Below are positions 34,627 through 46,400 of a stretch of 64,000 nt of DNA, piece by piece; position 1 is the first letter of the stretch, and the number at the start of each line of letters is the position of its first letter. A program made the position numbers and the translations under genes. The notes below the pieces were generated by a model that saw nothing but the letters and a program-made list of their open reading frames with translations, did not search any database and had not been told where the DNA came from. The DNA is taken from assembly GCA_010093745.1 (NCBI GenBank), contig MU005973.1, forward strand, positions 124,001-188,000, read 5' to 3'. The DNA comes from Piedraia hortae CBS 480.64 (taxonomy: Eukaryota).

Positions 34627-36297
34627 ATGATGAATCATACTCGTTCCGTTAATCCTGTACTGTTCCAGGCGTTTGAGTGGCATACGCCGTCGACTCCACC
34701 TACACCGCATGAGAAGTTTTCCGACTCTTCCCATTGGGCGCGAATCAAACGCCTGTTGCCGGGGCTGGCCCCGCTAGGCATAACCGCCATTTGGCTGCCG
34801 CCGGGATGCAAAGCTAATGATCCATGTGGGAATGGCTATGATTGTTATGATCTCTGGGACTTGGGGGAGTTTGACCAGAAATGGGCCCGAAGCACAAAAT
34901 GGGGTAGTCGCGAGGAGCTTGATGCCATCATTCAGTCAGCGAAAGAGTTGGGTATCGACTGCATCTGGGATGCAGTTCTCAATCACAAAACGGCGGGCGA
35001 CGCGACTGAGGTTTGTTGGGCCGTTGAAGTCGACCCCGATAGTGAGACTTTCTTTTTGAGTGACAAGATGATTGCTAACGTTGTGTAACTAGATCGCTGC
35101 AAAGACACGTGCACGCCCAAGCAGATTGAATCATGGCTGCAGTACGACTTTCCCGGGCGCGACCGCGCCGGGATGCCGTACAGCACCATGAAGTGGCGTG
35201 CAGAGCACTTCAACGGGACAGACTGGGACGAACGCTCCAAAAAAGGTGCCATTTACAAGATTGTAGACGGACCTGTGTCTAGCAACCCCCTCTCTCGCAT
35301 AGCTGGTAAGATCAAGCGAGACTTGCTCGGCAAGCCGGGGAAAGACTGGGCCGACGACGTCAGCAACATCCATGGAAACCATGACTATCTCCTATTTTGC
35401 AATATATACCACAAGAACCCGGAGGTGCGCCAAGACCTCCTGAAGTGGGGGCAGTGGATGGTCAAGGATGTGGGCGTCAAAGGCTTCCGTCTGGATGCCG
35501 TGCAGCACTTTTCTTACAATTTCTCCCGCGAGTGGGTGCAGCACGTACAACGCTCCGGCCCAGTCTTTATCGTCGGCGAGGTCTGGACGCACCTGACGTG
35601 GCGCATCCTCGAGTGGCTCGACAAGGTTGGCCCTACCGCGTCTGCCTACGATGCACCCCTCTTGTGCAACTTTTCCCGCATCGGCGAGGATGTGCGCAAT
35701 GGAAGTCCCAATGCCGATCTGCGCACCATTCTTCGGGACTGTCTTGTCACTGTTCGTCCCGACCAGGCAGTCACGGTGGTAACAAACCATGATACCCAGA
35801 TCGGGCAGACTTCCTTCACTCCCATGTACACGCCGCTAAAGCCTTTGTGGTATGCCTTCATTCTATTGCGCAAGGACGGCTATCCTTGCGTCTTCTGGGG
35901 CGATCTTTACGGCACCCAAGGTCCTCATGCTGAGCCTCCTTCGTGCATCAAAGGCGAGAAGAAGTTGATCCCGGAGTTGCTTCGCGCCAGACAGCTCTTT
36001 GCCCATGGTCCCCAGACCGACTATATTGACGACGCCGCCTGCATCGGCTGGACGCGCAACGATCCCGAAAAAGGCTGCGCCGTCGTCTTATCCATTGCTC
36101 CCGAGGATGAGACCTCAACCAAGAAGATGAAGATTGGTACCAGTGGCGAGATGTGGATGGATCTCCTCGGCGACAGGGAGGTTTGCATTGACAATAACGG
36201 CGAGGCCGAGTTTCCGGTGAGCGGCAGGCAAGTGGCGGTTTTCGTGAAGAAGCAGGAGCTTTCCCCACTGGAGTTTGACCTTAACTGCGGGATATAG
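34627..36297 (+). CDS. Intracellular alpha-amylase, GH13_5 (AmyD/Amy1-like)
   Basis: 'FQAFEW', 'GYDCYDLWDLGEFDQK', 'DAVLNHK', catalytic 'GFRLDAVQH', 'VGEVW', 'NHDTQ' and 'GYPCVFWGDLYG'. No signal peptide. Intron 35042-35092. Confidence 0.92.
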
Positions 36298-37788
36298 TGG
36301 AATTGCGGCGGAGTATGGTGTCAGGTGCTATTATTACCCTGGAGTCGTCGTGTTTATACCTGAGAGGTTTTTCTGCCAAGTATCTGTTTCGGTGAATGCA
36401 ATCATGTTGATCGATTGGTGTAGTGATTGATTCATTGGCATTGCACTTTGACCTTGTAGACGTACATCTGGTCAGTCATGCAAGGTGCATGCCTTCTAAG
36501 AACACTCGATGTTCGAGACGTATTTGCAATGTATCTTGTGGATAACGTTGTGCTTTTTTACTCCGGCTTATACCAAAGAATCGTGAGGTTTACTGTAAAT
36601 AGTAGAGATCATTCCTTCGCACTGTTCATGCGATGTGAGCAACATAAAGTGGACACGAGAGGGATGGTATACAATCCTTGATACTCGGTGGTTGTATGCC
36701 GGCAATACACGGTATCTCGATAGTCGAAGAAAGGAATTGTTTAAGTTTACGCATGCTTTTGTTTAGGTTGGGATGACTCGTTGCTAACATTGGGGAGAGG
36801 TTTGAGGTACGGCCCTCCATCATCCTGGGGAGGGGGGGGGGGGAAACGGTGGTGTCTGACTAGCAGACACACAGACAAAAGGCCCAGCCATGCACCAGAA
36901 ACAACGCTGCACACAATTTCCTCTAAGGTAATTGCCCAAGACACGCGTTCATTTTCCATGACGTATGTGATGTGCTTGACGTGTCCTCCAAAGATGCATG
37001 TCACCCCCTCTAGCTAATTCGTCATAGTGTAGCTTTCGGTCCATCCCGTGAGAGTTCGGTCCACGTCACACTCGTCCCCATGCTCACTCGTATTCAATCA
37101 TTTTCGACATCGAAACACCTGTGCCTTTGGCTCTATCTTCCACCTCTTCTATCACCATTGCCTCCATCACTCTTCAGCACATCCACGCTTCATCACCACC
37201 AGCGAGGCCCAGTGCTGCGTGACGTCAAGTCCCCACTGCGGCCGACGGCAGCAGCCGTTCCGCTTATGTGACGCACACTCAGCAATTTTGTTTGCTTCCC
37301 TGACACAAACATTTTTCGAGCTCTTACCTACTGCTGGAGTCAAGCGTCGGCGCTAGCGCATATGCAGGATACTTGCGCAGCACGTCACCTCCTACACCAG
37401 GAGCTGCACCCTAGGTTTTGTCCTCATAGAGGTTTCCCTCAGGGTCATGTCGCATGCGACATGGTGAATGCGCCCTGCCACTTTTAGAGGCGAGTCATAG
37501 AGTCTGACCGCATGTTGACGGTCATACGATGGATGACTCTTCATATGTCAGACGCCTGCCTTAGGTAGATAGGACACCGGACTCTCCAGGGTTTTTACCT
37601 CATGGAGGATGTTTCCCCTGGAGCGTAGTTACGTCAAAGGACGTTGTTACTGCGAATGCGGTTCGGACCGGAAAGAGAGTCTAGAGCAGTCTAGCGGTGC
37701 AAGCCTTCCTCTTGACCTCAGACCGATTCCATGGTGAAGCATCACACACACTGTTGACTGCGTCACCATTCACCGATATTGAAGTGAT

Positions 37789-38708
37789 ATGAGTAGATCC
37801 CACCCTCCTTCCGATATCATACGAGGCTACGCACTGGCCTACCGGTCCAAGTATATATGTTTCCTCGTAGATACACTTGTATTCACTTGTTCACACATTT
37901 CTGTTCTCATCTCTTGGTACTTCCCTGCCGTTCAGTCCGCTTTGCTCTCATACCTACGAGCTTCCCATTTCTACACTTACTACCCTACGAAGATGTCAAA
38001 GCATTTCATCAAACGGTACTTCCTCTTTCTCATCGTCCGATGAGCTTCCGGCAGACATGAATCACACCAACCATCGACATTACCTTTTGCACCTAATGCT
38101 CTCTCAATGACTGGCAATTTGCGGCCTTGGCGTTGCCATCTTGCTGGGGACGTTGGCTCTTCGAACCATGAGGCTTCTGACAAAGAAGCCAACACTCCTT
38201 GTCTTCTTCGAAGTCGGAAGAGACAATGCTCGGACACACTCTCCTGGTCTGATAGACAATCATGTCGCGGACCAAGTGGGCAGTTGACTCACGCTCACAC
38301 ATCAAACATTGGCCTGTTAATTGTAATTGGGCATTCATTTCACATCCTGCCCACCTTTAAGATCGTTGAATATGTGGACTGCAAGATTGGCGTGATGGAA
38401 ACTGCTGTGAGGGAACATCTGAAACACTATCCACACCGCAATTTTACCGCAAAGCAGCCCCAAATGCGATGTGGCGCGAAGATGTCTACTATCAGCAAAT
38501 TTTCGACGGCCTCTGGCAATTTTCTGTCGCGGTCATGCCAGAGCTCGAGACCACGGTGGTGGATATGAGAGCCATGAGAGCAAAGGTGGATTTTCGCCGG
38601 CGCAGTCTGCTATTTGGAGGGAGCTGGGTCTTGAATGGGTTGAACCATGGTCAACACAGTGGGCTGTTATCACGTGGATTAAAAAGCTCAGACCCATCGA
38701 CCATCTGA
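37789..38708 (+). pseudogene. Fragmented member of a lineage-specific paralog family
   Basis: 'AVQSALLSYLRASHFY' matches the minus-strand fragment at 10726-10776, and 'YYQQIFDGLW' matches 'HYQQLFDGFW' at 39470. The reading frame is broken. Confidence 0.5.
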
Positions 38709-41700
38709 TCAGCCTCACGAAACTTTAATTTGCAATTCATACGAGCTGCCAAGCCACAGCGGGGAACTAGATATAAAGGTCTGTGGTTTCGACGTCAACT
38801 TTGACATATTTCGTCAAACTTTCTTCCGGAAAAGTTTTCTACCCACGACGTCTCGATCACCTTGGCCAATTTTAGTCGGAATATATCATCCATGACAAGA
38901 GCGAAATTACACTTTTGAGCGGCATAAAATTGCCGGTACGCTCAAAACATACAAAAATGTCGCAAAAAAGGTTTTTTTTTCTTCTCATGCGTGCTGTGGC
39001 GGGTCGCCTTTACTTCGTCCTCGACCATCGGCAGGAAACACCATGACATAGCCAAAGTATCAAATCTGCAACTTAAAACCTTGAAGTTGGCTAAAATGGC
39101 GCAGCACAATCAAGAGAGCAGGCGGCCATTTCGTCCCATGCATCCGAGCCGTCAACGCCGCCGGTGAGGTTCTGATGAGCGGGCTGCGTTCGGGGTCCCT
39201 TGCTTCCGAGGATGGGGCTGCCAGAGGTAATCGCCCGCGCGAGCCATCGGCAGATGAGCAGCGGTAACAGGATCAGGAGCAGGAGGAGAGTGGGAGCCAG
39301 CGGCGAAGGGAGATGTTGCCATTGCAAAAGACTTTGACCCCTACCCAGCCAACGGTCCAGCCTTTTTTCCAGAAGATTACCCCTTGGCCTACCAAGGCCT
39401 TTTGGGCGCCAGGTTAGCCAGCATAGCCACGGTGACAGTCATCTGCGCGGCAGAGAACCCGAGAACACGATGTCGAGGAGGGAAATTCACTACCAGCAAC
39501 TATTTGACGGATTTTGGAAGCACAGGTTGGCTGTAACGCTGTTAGAGGATAAGCATGTTGTGGAAACAGGGGCTCTCACCACACAGCGAGAAAATCCGGG
39601 AGCGAGACAACCCCCGACCGTTCATGGGAAAGCGTCCGCAGATGTTGCAAGATAGACAAACGCCTATGGGACAAATCCTATCCCCAAGGCTGAAGCAACA
39701 GCTCTGGAAGTGAAACCTCGGAGGCCCAATACGCTGTCAGTTCTCATCCACTTTCCGCAAGACAGCCGCTCCGGGGATCCGGGTTACTCTCGATAACTTG
39801 GAAAAACGACGACAAGTTCCGATGCACTATTTTCAGGGAAACCTGCACACGACGTACCACAAGGGCCTGGCAAACACCGACTAATACGAAGATACTACTC
39901 GACTGCTGCTGAATGGCGTCTCCGTACCGCTCTTCGACTTCCTCGCTTACGTCCAATCTCTCCACATACCCTTTTTCCAAGCAACGGACAAGCGAGCTAC
40001 GAAACCACCAGGTTCACACAGCAACGACGTTGTATGCTGGCCAGTCCAACGCGCGCTACTCACACTCGCAACCCGACGGAGGAAGGGGAGATTTTCCTTT
40101 GCGCAAGAACTGGTAATGCAACAAGAGGCACCAATATCTACAAGCCGCAAGAAACGAAGCATATGCCTCGATCCTAGGCCCTGATTCTGATCTTTGCTCC
40201 CGGAGACTGGGTCTTTAGAGTACGACAACGAGGCGAACCTTTCTACGACAGTCCATGGGCAGTCAGCAGCTGCCATACAACGGAACAAACCTGTTCTCGG
40301 CATACGTGGCTGACGGGCATCACGTGCGAGGACGGTGTGTTCCAGTCCTCCGGAATGTACCTTCATGGCGATCTGTACAAAGAATGGAAGGTTGTTCTGA
40401 GCAAGGACCTACTCAAGAAAGGCCTCAGTGCTGAGCCGATCGCGGCACCCCGAAGAGGATTTTGATGGCCCAAGACAACGGGGATGAAGAAGCTGATTGG
40501 TTTGAGAAGGGCGACCTTATACACGCTCCCCCACCGGGTGCCAAGGCTCCGGCGGGTCAACATAACCATTTTTGCAGCTGCCGGACCGGCGAGTTTCTAG
40601 AAGTGTCTACTCGCAAGTCGTGGGCGGCAGAGGGCCCAACAGAACGCTGGCTGGATACAACAAGAAGGTCCACGCAGTCCGGTGCCAGATTGACAATAAC
40701 GCTGACCGCCACGATGTTCGGTTCACCGCCCGGACGATCGGTGGGGGAAATCGTGCCGCAAAATCACTGGGTTCCCACTTTCGGTCCTGGTGAAGTACAG
40801 GATTGATTGGGGTCAGGAGGCAGCCTTCTAGATCCTAGCTCATCAAATCAGCCTAGGGCTGCCATGCGACTGGAGGCTTTGCTGGCGCCGATGAAACGGT
40901 AAAATGGGAGCTCTGTATATGCAATTTGGAGGGGCGGGAAATGAAAATGCAACAAGTGTCCGACAGCACTGTCACTTTGAGGCAGCATTGCTTGCTTCAT
41001 TCAGCAGTGCTTGTCTGCGACAGTACTGCTCTGTCAGAGTTGGCGCCCTTTGTGATAGTGATTTATAGGCCTGGAGGCGCCCCCGGATAGAGGTCATCCT
41101 TTTGTGCTTTCTGATCTCCGGGGTCATCTCTCTGTGCCCATTCTTCCTTCAGCTGATACCAGCCCGTTTTTCCAGTGCCCTAGGCTATCTGGTGAAGGGG
41201 CTGGTGGTGATATTGCTGAAGTAAGCTAGGTAGTGCAATCAGGGAAATTTAGAATCACGTCTAGCATAAGCTTTGCAACGTCTTTACCGCCAGTCTAAAA
41301 TCACAGGGCACGACTATCTCAGCTTTCCTTTTTTTCCCAAGGACCCGCGATGAATCTGAAAGTCTTTTAACGGAGGAGAGGTTGTGAACATCTTCCCCTT
41401 GTATACATAACGCTCCCACCTTGGGGAATGCTGTTCGATGTGCTTGACGAGATTGCCTCTCGACTCTCTGACATAACAAAGACGTTTAACGTAGATGGCA
41501 GAGGGTGGGAAGCACACATCATTAAAACCTTTTCTCTCCTCTACCTCAGCCCGCAACACACACACCCATCTACCGCCCCGCTATCGAACCCACCCCTAAA
41601 ATCCCCCCCGCAGCATCCCTCATTCCCACAACAATCCAACCTCTTTTTCACCCCCTCCGCAAACCCCACAAACTCCATCCCTGTGCGCGAATGAGATCCC

Positions 41701-41981
41701 TCCATTTCTTCATCTCTCCCACCAACCATCTCACAAACCTGACCGAATCGTTGTAACATTCATCAAACTCCTCCAACACCATAAATTGCAGAGCCCCTCT
41801 GCTCCTGCATCTGCTGCGATACCCCAGAAATCTGAACAGCCAAGCCCCGGTCACTGTTCAGGACCGCGAGCATATCCTCGGCTTCTAGCGTGCCCAGCCC
41901 GCTGACCTATGGTGAGAGGGTGTTCAGGCGGGTTGTGGGGGTTTGGTGGTTTTTGCTGCAAGGTTGTGGTGTTGTTCGTGA

Positions 41982-42560
41982 CTAGGGTTTGGAGTTGGGT
42001 GACCAGAGAGGTGAAGGAGGTAAGGTCACGCTGGCGTGAGGTAAGGTTGGCCTGCTGCTGGGTTGAGGTGGGTCGGTGAGTGTGCGGAGAGTTGGGGTTA
42101 TGTTATTGGAGTTGGATGTGAACGAGGCGAGGATGGATGTTCGCTGTGTGGCTAGATAGCGGGTTATGGTGGTGAGGTGGGTGCGAAAACCGTTCGCAAT
42201 GGCTTGGGTTGGGTTGACGTTTTGTAGTTTCTCCAGGCAGTGCGATAATGTTAGAGTTATGGTCGCCAGGATGGTAAGAAGGAGGGCGAGGATGAATAAC
42301 AGGAGCAGGATGTTGGTCATTAGGGAGATGATGGCCGAGCTGGCCGAAACGGTCGGAAGGGTGAAGATGGTTGGAGAGGATGTGGGCTCCTGGATGGGAA
42401 AGTGGTTGTCGAAGGGGTCGTCGATCCAGTCGCTCATGTCGATATCGTTGATGGGGACACGGTAGGTGTACCCGAGGAGGTGACTGTAACCATTGTCGAA
42501 TTTGTCCTTGGTGCCCAGGATGATGGCTCGAAACAATTCGAGGATCAGTGGGTAAATCAT
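41982..42560 (-). CDS. Hypothetical protein with a central hydrophobic segment
   Basis: 192-aa ATG-initiated ORF containing 'ILLLLFILALLLTILATITLTL'. No family recognised. Confidence 0.35.
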   Translation of the reverse strand: MIYPLILELFRAIILGTKDKFDNGYSHLLGYTYRVPINDIDMSDWIDDPFDNHFPIQEPTSSPTIFTLPTVSASSAIISLMTNILLLLFILALLLTILATITLTLSHCLEKLQNVNPTQAIANGFRTHLTTITRYLATQRTSILASFTSNSNNITPTLRTLTDPPQPSSRPTLPHASVTLPPSPLWSPNSKP

Positions 42561-43470
42561 GGCGAGGGATATGTAAGGGGGAAATGTGTGTTGTAGAGGA
42601 CGTAGGTTGTGGAGGGTGTCGTGAGGAAGGAGGAGGAGACCTGATTAAAGGAAAATGGCTAGGTTCACTCGGGAGAACTGAAGGAGATAATCGACCTGGG
42701 TGAAGCAGTGTTATGATACGTTCCTTTTAACAAGAGAGCCGGAGAGAAGTTGACTGACTCAACATCGAAGCATGACGAATGGAAGTTTTGAGCCATATGG
42801 GGAGCTCAAGGAGTGAAATTAGGGGGATGAGGTGGTAAGACGAATGTGAAGGTGATGTGTTCTCACCCGATGTCCTATCCAGTTGGAGGACCACGTCTAT
42901 ATCCAAGAAGGCGTTTGTCTAGGGCCTGACGAAGCAAAAGCAGAGACCAAGGCCAACACAGGGCAGCCAGACACATAGCCCACGTCACAAGTTATCACAT
43001 GATGGTTGGATGACCGTTGTGTGAGCTGTGAAGTTGAGGGTTCGAAGTGTAAAGTATGTTGTGTGGGGTTTAAAGTCTGTCGAAGCTAGTTGTGCAGCGC
43101 GAGTGACCTGCCGATGACAGAGTGTACGATAGCTTCGAACTTAGAACTCTCAGGTAGGGTTTTGGATCGCAGCAAACCGCTCACTAAGCACGTCCAGATC
43201 CCGTCCACAGCCCACTGCAGACTATACACGATCCACTGCAAGCTGCACACTGTTCATTACTGTACCCACAGCACAACTGCACACTATCCACCACACAGTC
43301 CACAACCCACCCTTCACTGCACATCGTCTGTACACTGTACACGTTCATTACTCATTCTATACACTGTACACTGTATGCCACGTTCGTCCCTCGTCTGTAT
43401 ACTTTCCATTACTTACCCTCTGTACACCATCCATCCCCCTTGCTCCCAACTTCCCATTCCGTCATCAGTC

Positions 43471-46400
43471 TCAATACCTTAACTTCCCAACCAAACTAAA
43501 CGTATATGCCGCCTCCCTCTCCTATCCCGCGTTAGCATATCTCCAAAAAGAAAAAAAAGAAAAAAAAGAAAAAAAAGAAAAAAAAGTGTAAACTCACATT
43601 CCTCATCCTCACCAAAAAAACCTTCTCCCTCGCAATCCCCACCCCCCCGGTGGGCATGACGGCCACCTCCCCATCCGGACCGATACAATCCTGCCACACC
43701 GAGACCGCGATTCCCGTTCTCGCGACCCGTTCATAGCAATTCTCCGGTAGCGTAACATCAAGCAGCACGTGTCCCGCGTTAGCGATGATCAGGACTCTCT
43801 TAGGACCCGAGGGTGAAGTCCCCTGAGGTAAGAGAATAGTGAGTTTCGCGCGGCCGAGGTCGCGCCATTTGGAGGCTGATTCGCGGATATAAAATCTTAT
43901 GCTGGAAGAAGATATCGCGCTGCCGGGGGATGCGTTGCCTGCTCTGCCCACCCCAAAGGATGCCCCGCCCCTCCCCTCCCCGGATTGGGTAGTGTGTTCG
44001 CTGGCCAAACTACTCTCCGCACCACGGGAGGAGAGGGTACTCTTCGCGATATTAAAGAGCTTCCCCCCCGCACCAAACCTCCGGAGGGCAGACATCGCAG
44101 AGGACGACGTCCCTTGACTCGTCGAGTCCGCAGGGGTATGTATCCTCCCCCCTTTAGATCTGTACGTCCCTCTCCTCCTAAGCCAAGAAATTCCGCTTCC
44201 GCTCCCAGCTGATTCAACACTCGGTACGTCCTTCCTCTCCGCGTTGCGCTGATCCATTGCCGCGCCCCAGGTACTTGTCGGGCGGGGACGGGCGTTTTGG
44301 AGGGCGATGTAAGTCGGGTTATCGATTCGGGCGCGGTTGATGAGGTTATAGAGAGCGGTGCATTCTTCAGAGGTGCGGGAGCGGAACATGATGTTGCTGT
44401 TTGCGCGGAGGAGGGAGTTTTGGGTTGGAGGGGAGCGGATGGATATGTCTAGGGCTGTGCCGCGACGAAGGGGAACCAAGGGGGTTAGCTCTAGGGCGAT
44501 GAGGGGTTTGATGCCGCGTTGTGAGGGGCTGATGTTTTGGGTTAGGAAGGAGGAGGATTGGGCCGTGTCGAAAGCTTCGATGAGGCCGGGCGTGACGATG
44601 ATGTTGCATTCCCCGGGGTGCAAACTGTCCCAAGAGCCGCGATCGGACCAGCCGAAGATGCTGGACACGCTTTTGGAGAGGCGCGCGGTGGGACTGAGTG
44701 GGGGAACTTGGCGGTAGGGGGCTTGCGAGGCGGATTCTGAGGGCCCGACGGTTTCGCCTGGCAGAGAGGGGACGGAGCGCGGTTTGTGTTGGTAAGGTTT
44801 GCGGAAGTCTTTGAGCGAGCCGATGGTGGAGATTGCTACTTCGTCTTCGCTGTCGGAGGAGTCGGAGGTTAGGGTGTCTTCTTCAGAGGAGTCTGAGAGC
44901 GAGCTGGAGGAGTGCGAGACGGACGCGGCTGAGGGCTCGTATTCGTGCTTAAGCGGCGATGAAGGCCGTCTGTTGCGCTTCAGGAAAGCGGGTGTCAATG
45001 ACGGCAGGATGCCTGATTTGAGACCCATTGATACCGGCCGATTGCGCACCGGAGTGGCTGGCTCCGCCTTCTTCTGCATGGGAGGTGCAGAGGTTGGAAA
45101 TGGAGGGGGTTTGGCATGGCGTGGTGTAGCCGGTGCGGAATTTCGGTATGGAGGGTTGTGGGAAAGCTCAGAATCGGAATAGTCTGAGCCATCTTCAGTC
45201 GGTGGCATCCACACGCTGTAGTTCCCAGTCGATTTGGAAAAGTAGCTGCTGGAAGCTCCGCCGTGTGCCGATTCCTCATGGATTGGGGAGGTGGGAGTGC
45301 TCTGATATTTCCTCTGCGGCCTGATTGTGCTTGCAGAAACGCTGCTGGTCTCGCTGCGAGACTTCAGCGTACTGCTGCTCAGCTCACTGGACCTTGTAGA
45401 GCTGGCCGTAACGCTGCTGCCTGTAACACTGCTGCCGGTAATGCTGCTAGCCGTGACAGAGCTGGCCTCGCTCGACTTGACTGTGCTGCCAACTGTGCTG
45501 GTATATGCACTGCTGACCTCGCTCTTGGGTCTTCCTGTAGCACTGCCAACCTCACTCTTCGACTTGCTAGTATATGCACCGCCGACTTCGCTCTTTGGTC
45601 TGCCACTACTGACCTCACTCTTCGTCTTTGCACTGCCGACCTCACTGCCCGGCCGAACCTTGCTCGGAGATACACTGTTTACCTCTGTGCCATCCCACCG
45701 TTGCGCCGACGAAGTAGCCTTCTCCCCAATCGGCACGTCGACTTCGGTAGGAGACGGTGGCTGCGGCGCGGGCGTGTGCTTTTCCACAAAAGTGTTCACC
45801 CTTGGCAATCTAGGAGGCGTTGGGCTTGCAGAGAGCATGTCCAGCCAATCTCCCACGGCAGCATCGTCATCAGACGTCAAAGACATGACCTCGTGCCACT
45901 CTTTCCCACCGACCAACATGCCTCTGACCATGACGACAATCTCACCAACGCGGTCTCCTCTCCGAGCAGAGACATAATTGGCCGGTATAGGCGGGAAGAG
46001 TAGCCAACGGCCGAGCAGCGAGAGTTCGCAGAACAAAATATCACCATGGCCACCTCGGCCGGGCATATCGTCTCGAAGGATGAGTTCAACCTTGCAGAGA
46101 AGCTGCTGACCGGTAGAGTGGGTAAGGTCCATGTCAAAGTAGTCTCTCGCGCGAACGCTCCGAGTTGGATCGACGGCGACACCAGCCAAAGGAGCGAGAC
46201 TACGGGGATCTCGTGCTCTTGTCGGATCTATGCTGCTGGCCGCCTCATCTTCCAACCGCGCACGCTCATCGTCGTTTCTCTGGCGAGCCGTCTGCAACAG
46301 ATCTGCATATTTCAGACTGGTAGCACGAGCCTTTTCCGACGGCTGGGCTTCATCAATGCCTTTGAGGGCTCTGGCTAGGTATTTTAGTCTTACGAGCGGT

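Noticed and set aside
34627..36297. Recent horizontal transfer of a bacterial-type alpha-amylase
   Set aside because: GH13_5 intracellular amylases are an established fungal family, and this gene has a spliceosomal intron.
39555..39580. 5S rRNA-like string (GTGGAAACAGGGGCT)
   Set aside because: The similarity is limited to about 15 nt, lies inside a protein-like paralog fragment, and the rest of 5S is absent.
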